A stretch of DNA of 64,000 nt from Mizuhopecten yessoensis. Taxonomy: Eukaryota. Positions 52,913 through 64,000 of the stretch are shown here, piece after piece. The translations under genes were made by a program, and so were the position numbers. The stretch is taken from positions 182,686 through 246,685 of the forward strand of contig NW_018480028.1 in assembly GCF_002113885.1 (NCBI RefSeq), written 5' to 3'. Below the pieces are notes generated by a model. The model saw nothing but the letters and a program-made list of their open reading frames with translations, searched no databases and was not told where the DNA came from. Every line of letters begins with the position of its first letter. Position 1 is the first letter of the stretch.

Positions 52913-55738
52913 ACTGGTACAAATAGAATCCTATCCTGCCGACACCGTTACTGATACAAATAGAATCCTATCCTGCCGACTCCCGTTACTGGTACAAATA
53001 GAATCCTATCCTGCCGACTCCCATTACTGGTACCAATAGAATCCTATCCTGCCGACTCCTGTTACTGGTACAAATCGAATCCTATCCTGCCGACCCCGTT
53101 ACTGGTACAAATAGAATCCTGTAATGCAGACTCCCATTACTGGTACCAATAGAATCCTATCCTGCCGGCTCCTGTTACTGGTACAAATAGAATCCTATCC
53201 TGCCGACTCCCGTTACTGGTACAAATAGAATCCTATCCTGCCGACCCCGTTACTGGTACAAATAGAATCCTGTACTGCAGACTCCCATTACTGGTACCAA
53301 TAGAATCCTATCCTGCCGACTCCCGTTACTGGTCCAAATAGAGTCCTATCCTGCCGACTCCCGTTACTGGTCCAAATAGAGTCCTATCCTGCCGACTCCC
53401 GTTACTGGTCCAAATAGAATCCTATCCTGCCGACTCCCGTTACTGGTCCGAATAGAATCCTATCCTGCCGACTCCCGTTACTGGTAAAAATAGAATCCTA
53501 TCCTGCCGACTCCCGTTACTGACTCCTGTTACTGGTACAAATAGAATCCTATCCTGCCGACCCCCGTTACTGGTACCAATAGAATCCTATCCTGCCGACT
53601 CCTGTTACTGGTTCAAATAGAATCCTATCCTGCCGACTCCCGTTACTGGTATAAATGGAATCCTATCCTGCAGACTCCCGTTACTGGTATAAATAGAATC
53701 CTATCCTGCCGACTCCTGTTACTGGTAAAAATAGAATCCTATCCTGCCGACTCCAGTTACTGGTACAAATAGAATCCTATCCTGCCGACCCCCGTTACTG
53801 GTACCAATAGAATCCTATCCTGCCGCCTCCTGTTACTGGTACAAATAGAATCCTATCCTGCCGACTCCTGTTACTGGTACAAATAGAATCCTGTACTGCT
53901 GACTCCCGTTACTGGTACAAATAGAATCCTGTACTGCAGACTCCCATTCCTGGTACCAATAGAATCCTATCCTGCCGACTCCCGTTACTGACTCCTGTTA
54001 CTGGTACAAATAGAATCCTATCCTGCCGACTCCAGTTACTGGTACAAATAGAATCCTATCCTGCCGACCCCGTTACTGGTACAAATAGAATCCTGTAATG
54101 CAGACTCCCATTACTGGTACCAATAGAATCCTATCCTGCCGACTCCTGTTACTGGTTCAAATAGAATCCTATCCTGCCGACTCCCGTTACTGGTCCAAAT
54201 AGAATCCTATCCTGCCGACTCCCGTTACTGGTAAAAATAGAATCCTATCCTGCCGACTCCAGTTACTGGTACAAATAGAATCCTATCCTGCCGACCCCGT
54301 TACTTGTACAAATAGAATCCTGTACTGCAGACTCCCATTACTGGTACAAATAGAATCCTATCCTGCCGACCCCGGTACTGGTACCAATAGAATCCTGTAC
54401 TGCAGACTCCCATTACTGGTACAAATAGAATCCTATCCTGCCGACTCCAGTTACTGGTACAAATAGAATCCTATCCTGCCGACCCCGTTACTTGTACAAA
54501 TAGAATCCTGTACTGCAGACTCCCATTACTGGTACCAATAGAACCCTATCCTGCCGACTCCCGTTACTGGTACCAATAGAATCCTATCCTGCCGCCTCCT
54601 GTTACTGGTACAAATAGAATCCTATCCTGCCGACTCCAGTTACTGGTACAAATAGAATCCTATCCTGCCGACCCCCGTTACTGGTACCAATAGAATCCTA
54701 TCCTGCCGCCTCCTGTTACTGGTACAAATAGAATCCTATCCTGCCGACTCCTGTTACTGGTACAAATAGAATCCTGTACTGCTGACTCCCGTTACTGGTA
54801 CAAATAGAATCCTGTACTGCAGACGCCCATTACTGGTACCAATAGAATCCTATCCTGCCGACTCCTGTTACTGGTTCAAATAGAATCCTATCCTGCCGAC
54901 TCCCGTTACTGACTCCTGTTACTGGTACAAATAGAATCCTATCCTGCCGACTCCCGTTAGTGGTACAAATAGAATCCTATCCTGCCGACCCCGGTACTGG
55001 TACCAATAGAATCCTGTACTGCAGACTCCCATTACTGGTACCAATAGAACCCTATCCTGCCGACTCCCGTTACTGGTACCAATAGAACCCTATCCTGTTG
55101 ACTCCCGTTACTGGTATAAATAGAATCCTATCCTGCCGACTCCCGTTACTGACTCCTGTTACTGGTACAAATAGAATCCTATCCTGCCGACTCCTGTTAC
55201 TGGTAAAAATAGAATCCTATCCTGCCGACTCCCGTTACTGACTCCTGTTACTGGTACAAATAGAATCCTATCCTGCCGACCCCGGTACTGGTACCAATAG
55301 AATCCTGTACTGCAGACTCCCATTACTGGTACAAATAGAATCCTATCCTGCCGACCCCCGTTACTGGTACCAATAGAATCCTATCCTGCCGCCTCCTGTT
55401 ACTGGTACAAATAGAATCCTATCCTGCCGACTCCCGTTACTGGTACAAAAAGAATCCTATCCTGCCGACTCCCGTTACTGGTATAAATAGAATCCTATCC
55501 TGCAGACTCCCGTTACTGGTATAAATAGAATCCTATCCTGCAGACTCCCATTACTGGTACAAATAGAATCCTATCCTGCCGACTCCCGTTACTGGTACCA
55601 ATAGAATCCTATCCTGCCGACTCCTGTTACTGGTACAAATAGAATCCTATCCTGTCGACTCCCGTTACTGGTACAAATAGAATCCTGTACTGCCGACTCC
55701 CGTTACTGGTACAAATAGAATCCTATCCTGCCGACTCG
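52913..55738. repeat. Large minisatellite, 38-bp unit, ~2.8 kb, ~74 copies
   Basis: ACTGGTACAAATAGAATCCTATCCTGCCGACTCCCGTT. Confidence 0.98.
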
Positions 55739-56463
55739 AATAGGAAGTTTCATCTTCTTGATTTATGCTGTTAGCGTATAAACAAAATGACAATCTGATG
55801 AAATGTTAGGATTATGTTGACCAGGGAAAAAGAAAACTTATTGGCAGGGTTTTTGAGAAAAAATCTCAAATGTCAAAAAGGTTGTGTGAAATGAAGCTTG
55901 AGTAAATGTTTGGTACATTTGTTCCATATTGTTTAAGATTAAAGAGGAGATACACGTCCTATCCAGCTGGTATGGAATCAAAGGGTTTACTGTACACACA
56001 GTAAGACATGTGATTTTTCTAAACAATTTTTTCATGTTTTGATTTTTAGTTATAGTGTATTATTGTAACAACACTTCTAAGATGTCAGTATTTAGACGAC
56101 ACAGTTGGAATCGGTGCCAAACACATTGATTTAATGTAAAGCAAATTTCAGCTGTGAAAATTTCAGAAGACTTTTGGGATAAGCTTGCTATTGTAAGATG
56201 TCTGTGAGACAAAGATGTATAGGTCTTTTTCTGTATTTATTTTTAAATTTCAGATATTTTGATGATGTTTATTATTGGCAAAATTGAATATATTTTCATT
56301 GATTTTGAAAATGATATTTGAAATCGTTGTCACTTTAGGATGTCCAAACAGTAAATGTAAATATTCAACAGGTGTTTTTTTTACTTTGATTAATTATTAT
56401 ACAGTAGGACCTGTCTAAAAAGGGCACACAACGGAGATTAAAAATAGTCAATGTATACAGAAT

Positions 56464-56572
56464 TCAGTATGTAGAAAGCAGTATACAGAAAGTCAGTATG
56501 TAGAAAGTCAGTATACAGAAAGTCAGTATGTAGAAAGCAGTATACAGAAAGTCAGTATGTAGAAAGTCAGTA
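56464..56572. repeat. Short tandem repeat, 14-15-bp unit
   Basis: CAGTATGTAGAAAG(T)/CAGTATACAGAAAGT alternating. Confidence 0.9.
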
Positions 56573-56634
56573 TTTGGAGTATTCTTATGATGATAATTAC
56601 TTACAGGTGGTCCTTCCAGATTGACAAGTGGTCT

Positions 56635-56725
56635 TTAACTCATTCACCCCTAAAGACACATTTGAACTCTCCCAATTCAAAGGCTGGAATAGTTCATTAT
56701 GAAATTTCAGGGGTGAATGAGTTAA
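56635..56725 (-). mobile_element. 83-bp TTAA hairpin MITE, copy 6
   Basis: TTAA-CTCATTCACCCCTAAA...TTCAGGGGTGAATGAG-TTAA. Confidence 0.92.
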
Positions 56726-58712
56726 CCCAGGTGGTAAAGTTGAAGAAAACCATATTCACAGGTGTTTCTTCTTGATGCATCTTTATTTAAGCATTGAGCT
56801 GCTTTCAGTTGGCATTCATGGGCAATATGAATGACAACTGGACAAAAGGCAAATTCAATGAAGCCTTTATAATAAAGCCTAAATGAATGCCAACTGAATT
56901 TGGTAGGGTTATATAGTGGCAATGCCATACGATGGCAAATATAAGCAGATGGTCCTTCTTGACAAGTGGTCTTTTTACAAAGGTTGTTTTCCTAGATATA
57001 ATATAATAGACAACATTTGTTTAAAGTATATGAAGTATGATTTTGGGGATTGGATCTGGAATCTTCAGATTTTGGGAAGATTGCAATTTGCGAATCTAAA
57101 ATACTTATCCCATCATTCCATCAAAAGATTATGTTTTTTTCTGAATACCATTAAAAAGGCTAGAAACCACTTTCTTTGCAAAGCTGTAATCCATTTGATT
57201 TTTATAAACATTTATAAACAGTAAAGAGAAATTTGGTAAAATAGCAGTATATTCAACGAGAAATCGTGCTGGTTTTCAGTCGACATGCAAGCATGTATGT
57301 TTGGAAAATGGCTGAGAATCATTGTATAGCTATAACTGATATTGTTCCCATTTAAGGAATGTGAACAGGCAGTATAATTTTGTCTATAGATCTGTTAGGC
57401 TTCTGACGTGGGAGCAGATTAAAGTCACAGCTATAATGCAGGTTTACACAACTAGCCGAGAGAGAAAAAACATTTTCACAGACTTGTTAAAAAAACGTTT
57501 AAACAGCAGATAAAAGCTCCATTCAACATGGACCTGTTCTGTATACATCTGTCAATGAGAAAACAGCCAAAGTACCTCACATTACAGTCATTAATTTCAG
57601 ATCTACCAAAATTACATTATCACAGAGGGCCTTATCAGTTAGACACATTTCAAAAGCTATCCTGTAAACTGCATCACAGGGTTGGAGGGAGACAGGCGTT
57701 TCTGTTTAGCACTGTTTACACGAGGATGTTCCCTCCCTTATGTTGGGGCCTCCTGAGGTTCGTGGTCAGGTTCCCCACACAATACTCTCTCTGTCCATCC
57801 CCATCCAGTTCCGCTGTCAGCTGTCAACTTTTTCCAACAGAATGACAGAAATCTGGCAAAAAAATGAACAAATCATTTCTGGTGGGAGATTATTTAGTTT
57901 CCAGATTAAGATGGAAAATAATAGAAAAATTTGTGTTATTCAACAGTTCTAAATATACTTTCAACATGTTAAGAAATTTCATGTGAAAAAAAGCTTGTGA
58001 TTTTAGTGTATCTTATATGATATATCATGTGTATGATTCTGTATTGGTGGGATTTGTGTATGAATAAAATAACATTGCTACAAAAATGACTAGGAGATCG
58101 TTTCATCCTTGCATTAATCAGCAGCTCTTTGCAGACACCTTAACATTCAAACGTTCATAAAGAAATATTGTGAATATCTGTGTAATCTTTAGATGAGAAA
58201 GTGAACTTTCTTTAAAACTTAACAAAATTTATTATTTTCATTGTTTTGTTATTGTCAGGGTAATTAATTAGGACGGAAGATAACAAAAAATAGCAAATAT
58301 CAAAAATATCGGTAAAAGGAATCTTTGGGATAAATAATTATGTTGAAATGAAATAAATGTCTTGACTTTAAAAATACAAAACAGAAGACGTGTACAGTTT
58401 CTGTATGTTTTTGTGATGATGTTTCAGCTGAGTTGGCAGCTCCAAGTGTTTAGTGTCAAAAGTATTTAAATATCTGCCGTTTCTAGCTCCTTAGGCATGG
58501 TATAGATTGTAGGAATGTCACGTTAGAATTTCACTTATATCATGGCTTGGTTTACACATGTTGTGTGTATTTAGTGTAAATCTGCTGTTTGTGTACATTC
58601 TAGTGTGGAGTTACTTCATGGCTTGCTTTTCACATGTTGTTATGTGGATTTATTGGTAATCTGCTGACTTTATGCTGACTGGCTTGAGTTTTGTCCCATT
58701 CTGTAGCATGCT

Positions 58713-59023
58713 GTCCCATTCCGACTCCATCCTGTCCCATTCTGACTCCATCCCGCCCCATTCCGACTCCATCCCGCCCCATTCCGACTCCATCCCGTCC
58801 CATCCGACTCCATCTCGTCCCATTCCGACTCCATCCTGTCCCATTCCGACTCCATCCCGTCCCATTCTGACTCCATCTCGTCCCATTCCGACTCCATCCC
58901 ATCCCATTCTGACTCCAACCCGCCCCATTCCGACTCCATCAAATCCCATTCCGACTCCATCCCATCCCATTCTGACTCCACCCCGTCTCATTTTGACTCC
59001 ATCCCGTCCCATTCCGACTCCAT
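58713..59023. repeat. Minisatellite, 21-bp C-rich unit, ~15 copies
   Basis: GTCCCATTCCGACTCCATCCC. Confidence 0.96.
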
Positions 59024-59152
59024 TTGGGAATTTGCTTTGCCAAACTGTAATTTCTTGAATTAAAACTTGTGGAAAACAAGTTGGGAAGGTCCTTAATGTT
59101 GCTTAAAATAAAAATATGATTTATTGTATTGGAAAACAAGCTGAAAAGTTCC

Positions 59153-59243
59153 TTAACTCATTCACCCCTGAAATTTCAGAATGAACTATTCCAACCTTTG
59201 AATTGGAAGAGTTCAAATGTGTCTTCAGGGGTGAATGAGTTAA
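59153..59243 (+). mobile_element. 83-bp TTAA hairpin MITE, copy 7 (perfect 16-bp TIR)
   Basis: TTAA-CTCATTCACCCCTGAA...TTCAGGGGTGAATGAG-TTAA; empty-site paralogue 60 bp upstream. Confidence 0.95.
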
Positions 59244-59638
59244 TGTTGCTTGTAATGTATGTGATTAGTCTCAAGCTGGTTTGAGGACAGCTGATTGTAT
59301 CTCACTTATAGAAATCAGGAGTATTGAGAAACACTTTAGTCCAGAGTAATAGCAAAATTGGTAACTGTGAAGTTTTCAAAACAATCCATATTTAGATGAC
59401 AGCATTATTATATTTCTTGTAATTATATTTGATAATCAATATGGTCAATAAAAAAATCAGTGAAATATTGAATGGATAAGTTGACATGTTTCATGAAGTA
59501 CAGAACTAGTGCTATTGTATTTAAATGTTCCATATCCCGGGGGGCCGGCACCCTGATATGACATGAGTTGGTTAAATTAATACAATATCAAATTCTGTTA
59601 CAGTTTATATAAAAAAAGATTTGTTTTACCTTGCTTGA

Positions 59639-60020
59639 AGAGCTTATTACCGCCCTTATAGAGCTAATTACCTCCCCTGTAGAGCTTATAATCTCTGTGG
59701 TAGAGCTTATTACCGCCCCTGTATAATGTATTGCCTTCCCTGTAGAACTTATTTCTTCCCTTCTAGAGCTTATTTCCTCCCCTGTAGAACTTATTTCTTC
59801 CCTTCTAGAGCTTATTTCCTCCCCTGTAGAACTTATTTCTTCCCTTCTAGAGCATATAACCACCCTTCTAGAGCTTATTACCTCCCATTTAGAACTTATT
59901 TCTTCCCTTCTAGAGCTTATTACCTCCCCTGTAGAGCTTATTTCTTCTCTTCTAGAGCTTATTACCTCACTTGTAGAGCTTATTACCTCCCCTGCACAGT
60001 TTATTATCTTCCCTGAAGAG
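59639..60020. repeat. Minisatellite, 21-bp unit (partly 42-bp dimer), ~18 copies
   Basis: TAGAGCTTATTACCTCCCCTG / TAGAACTTATTTCTTCCCTTC. Confidence 0.93.
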
Positions 60021-60834
60021 TTCTGACTTTTGATACAGAATTACATGAAGATTAAGGTCTAGTATGATGTGATTGTCATAGTTTCCTCTCTGAGTCTTAT
60101 TTGTGCCGGAATGTTTGTTTTATTGTGCTATTGTGTTACCACAAATTGTGTTGATAATTGAACAAGTATGTCAGGCCAAAGCTTTGGATGTCAGAGGTGA
60201 TAAACTATAGAGGACAGAGCATATTTATACCACGTGAGTCCACTTAACTCTCCAAATCCTCGTTACTGCTCACTACCATTAACTGTGACCAAACAAAAAC
60301 AGATGTCTGACAAAAAAATGTGGAATAGTTAATATTGTCACGAAGTTTTATTTGATAGTGTCAAATCTTATTTACATCTGCATATATTTTCAAATGTTTC
60401 TTTTAAACCCATTCACCCCTTAAAAAAATCATAAAGAAATTAAATATTACCATGATTAATTAATCACATTAAACCTTCAAAAATAACTTTTTCAATGCCA
60501 AGAGTTTGTAATTGAAATTTTTTACAAGAATTTGAGTTTTTGTAAAATATCAAAATATCATCTGTATAAAACTTGGTTTACGATAAACGTCAATCATCTT
60601 TGATTTCATATCGGATCAAATGTTTGACTGTGTCATCCGAAAATCATGATCAGTCTGGGTAATTTAGTAAAAACTGACAGGCTTTATATCTTTAGAATAA
60701 TATCTATAATGTGACTATAGGAGAACCTAAACGAGATACAACAAATCATAAATTTATTTAGCTTGTCTACCAAGTCAGATACATACACATTTCCATGGCA
60801 ACAGACAGCAGCAGATTTGTGTCCTTGGTTAATA

Positions 60835-61757
60835 GGGCCAGGATTTGTCAGGAGTATACCCAGACATTTATGACTGGAGTAGATTCCTGGGCCAGGATTT
60901 GTCATGAGTGTACCCAGACATTTATGACTGGAGTAGATTTCTGGGTCAGGATTTGTCATGAGAGTACCCAGACATTTATGACTGGAGTAGATTCCTGTGC
61001 CAGGATTTGTCATGAGAGTACCCAGACATTTATGACCGGAGTAGATTACTGGGACAGGATTTGTCATGAGAGTACCCAGACATTTATGACTGAGTAGATT
61101 CCTGGGCCAGGATTTGCCATGAGTGTACCCAGACATTTATGACTGGAGTAGATTCCTTGGTCAGGATTTGTCATGAGTGTACCCAGACATTTATGACTGG
61201 AGTAGATTTCTGGGTCAGGATTTGTCATGAGAGTACCCAGACATTTATGACCGGAGTAGATTACTGGGCCAGGATTTGTCATGAGAGTACCCAGCCATTT
61301 ATGACTGAGTAGATTCCTGGGCCAGGATTTGTCATGAGAGTACCCAGACATTTATGACCGGAGTAGATTACTGGGCCAGGATTTGTCATGAGAGTACCCA
61401 GACATTTATGACTGAGTAGATTCCTGGGCCAGGATTTGTCATGAGTGTACCCAGACATTTATGACTGGAGTAGATTCCTTGGTCAGGATTTGTCATGAGT
61501 GTACCCAGACATTTATGACTGGAGTAGATTCCTTGGTCAGGATTTGTCATGAGTGTACCCAGACATTTATGACTGGAGTAGATTCCTTGGTCAGGATTTG
61601 TCATGAGTGTACCCAGACATTTATGACTGGAGTAGATTCCTGGACCAGGATTTGTCATGAGAGTACCCAGCCATTTATGACTGAGTAGATTCCTGGGCCA
61701 GGATTTGTCATGAGAGTACCCAGACATTTATGACTGGAGTAGATTCCTGGGTCAGGA
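60835..61757. repeat. Minisatellite, 53-54-bp unit, ~17 copies
   Basis: GGGCCAGGATTTGTCATGAGAGTACCCAGACATTTATGACTGGAGTAGATTCCT. Confidence 0.97.
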
Positions 61758-61949
61758 TAGTCAATACTTTACATCGCCTATAGCAGATCCTCTTTACCAT
61801 TAATTCCTTTTTCTCACCTCTCTTCTGTGTCCCTTCCCCATCTTCATTGTCACCTTACAAAGTTCCCCTAGTTTTCCCCTCCCTCCTCTCTGATTTGTTG
61901 TATCTTTCCCTTGTTTTCTCCTAACTTTCTGCCTTGGGTTATTTCTCAA

Positions 61950-63425
61950 CCTAATAATCCAGCCATCATCTCTCCCATTAGATAATTAGACCATATTGTC
62001 CACAGTAGATAATTCAGTCAGCTTTAACACTTGTAGATAATCCAACTACCTTTGTTCCAAGTAGATAATCCAGTCACCTTTGATCCAGCCACCTTTATTC
62101 TCAGTAAATAATCCAGTCACCTTTGTTTTCAGTAGATGATCCAGCCACCTTTGTTCCCAGTTAATAATCCAGCAACCTTATTTCCCAGTAAATAATCCAA
62201 CCATCCTTGTTCCTAGTAAATAATCCAGTCACCTTTGTTCTCAGTAAATAATCCAGCCACCTTTGTTTTCAGTAGATGATCCAGCCACCTTTGTTCCCAG
62301 TAAATAATCCAACCATCCTTGTTAGGGCCCCGTATCGGAGATACGGGTGCCCTATAGTAATCACTCTGTCTGTCTGTCCGTCCACAAATTTTGTTCCTGG
62401 CTGATAACTTTGGTATTAATTGACCGATGTACATGAAACTTGGTCAAGATATTCAGTTCACAAAAATACACATTGAGGTAAAAAGTCAAGGTCAAAGGTC
62501 ATGGTCATAAGGTTCAAAGGTCAAGGTCAAATTTTACTGATGAACATTTTGTTATGATAATATGAAGCAAAGTTGATCAGAATTAAACAATGAGTCAACT
62601 GACCAAAGGTCAAGGTCATTGGATCAAAGGTCAAGGTTAGATTTTGTATCATTTCACTGGTGAACATTTTGCTATGACACTTTGAAGCAATGTTGCTCAG
62701 AATTAAACAAGGAGTCAATTGACCAAAGGTCAACGTCACTGGGTTAAAGGTGAAGGTTGAATTTTGTACCTTTTCCCTGATGAAAATTTTGTTATGACAT
62801 TATGAAGCAATGTTATTCAGAACTTTACACAGAGTCAACTGACCTTAGGTCCAGGTTACGAGGTGCAAAGGGTCAAGGTCAAATAGTCCAACCACCTTCT
62901 TTCTCAGTAAATAATCCAAATAATCCAACCATCCTTGTTCCTAGTAAATAATCCAACCACCTTCTTTCTCAGTAAATAATCCAACTACCTTCTTTCTCAG
63001 TAAATAATCCAACCACCTTCTTTCTCAGGAAATAATCTAACCACCTTCTTTCTCAGTAAATAATCCAAATAATCCAACCACCATCTTTCTCAGTAATTAA
63101 TCCAACCACCTTCTTTCTCAGTAAATAATCCAACCACATTTCTCAGTAAATAATCCAACCACCTTCTTTCTCAGTAAATAATCCGACCACCTTCTTTCTC
63201 AGTAAATAATTCAACCACCTTCTTTCTCAGTAAATAATCCAACCACCTTCTTTCTCAGGAGATAATACAAATAATCCAACCACCATCTTTCTCAGTAAAT
63301 AATCCAACCACCTTCTTTCTCAGTAAATAATCCAACCACCTTCTTTCTCAATAAATAACCCAACCACCTTCTTTCTCAGTAAATAATCCGAATAATCCAA
63401 CCACAATCTTTTTCAGTAAATAACC
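61950..63425. repeat. Minisatellite, 28-bp unit, interrupted by a Helentron-like insertion; same family as 12831-13595
   Basis: CCAACCACCTTCTTTCTCAGTAAATAAT and CCAGCCACCTTTGTT...CAGTAAATAAT variants. Confidence 0.93.
62322..62883 (+). mobile_element. 3'-truncated Helentron/DINE-1-like element with ~3 copies of a 120-bp internal repeat
   Basis: 5' hairpin TAGGGCCCCGTATC-GGA-GATACGGGTGCCCTA; (CTGT)n/GTCC microsatellite; core ATGAAACTTGGT; 120-bp period (62581, 62701, 62821) rich in AGGTCA. Confidence 0.8.
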
Positions 63426-64000
63426 CAGCCCCAGAAAATATTCAAGCTTCCTTTATTATGTCAGTGTTTAGCTGTTTGTACCTGGGTAAATAGGACCTTT
63501 TGTGTAGGACAACCAGGAGTGTGGTGGTACAATTGACAAGGATAGGTATCATGATTTTAGAGGTAACATTTTGAAATAGCTCAAATCATATGTATATATG
63601 GTGGTGGTTTTTTTGTATTCCTTGATGTAAGCAGAAGATGTCTAGCAGGGAAATTGGAATGAAGGGAAAGGATTAAGGTATTCTGTATATATCCTCTAAA
63701 ATATAGGCATGTATTGAGTAATATATTATAGCCCCAGACACCAGACTCATCAATTAAAATCGTAAAGAACAGATGACACAAAATCAATGGCTCTGATGCA
63801 TGGTAGGTAGATTAGGGTACATAATCTCAACTATATAGGCCGAGGTATCCTATCAACAGTAACAGATGTCAACAGTGTGTATTGAAATGACACATACCTG
63901 TACTGTATAGCTCATTTACTGTGAATATTCTGCTTGTTAAGTATTATTATTCATTTACTCATTAAGAATAGTTCCTCCCTTGCGATGTTCTCGCTAAAAA

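Larger units (their letters stand above)
56400..56990. mobile_element. Possible decayed TA-type MITE hosting nested insertions
   Basis: Starts TACAGTAGGACCTGTCTAA; module CAG(G/A)TGGTCCTTC...TTGACAAGTGGTCTTT repeated at ~56604 and ~56946. Confidence 0.35.

Noticed and set aside
58630-59139. Gly/Arg- or Pro/Thr-rich ORFs resembling structural proteins
   Set aside because: A 21-bp tandem unit open in four or more frames.

Overview
AT-rich eukaryotic genomic DNA, most consistent with a marine invertebrate such as a bivalve mollusc (inferred from the repeat types). There are no prokaryotic genes, rRNA, intact tRNA or CRISPR arrays. The only host coding sequence I can support is one 207-bp phase-1/phase-1 exon (27514-27720, +), absent from the ORF track. 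It encodes the first half of a TGF-beta type II receptor ectodomain (BMPR2/wit-like), so most of the window is probably two very large introns. About 40% (hand estimate, ~27 kb) is occupied by ~25 minisatellite arrays with 21-58 bp units. The window also holds four Helentron/DINE-1-like non-autonomous elements, seven copies of an 83-bp TTAA-flanked hairpin MITE, TA-type MITEs, tRNA-derived SINE heads and two assembly gaps. The most interesting object is a ~1.74-kb TTAA-flanked element (21830-23569) with Kolobok-type termini. It keeps the 5' stubs of two convergent genes: a THAP zinc-finger transposase start (+) and an IQPYLYEP/acidic KolX (P2X7-ballast-like) first exon (-). Each gene is preceded by a symmetric 25-bp subterminal inverted motif. 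All long ORFs in the track except the THAP stub come from repeats or are unrecognisable.
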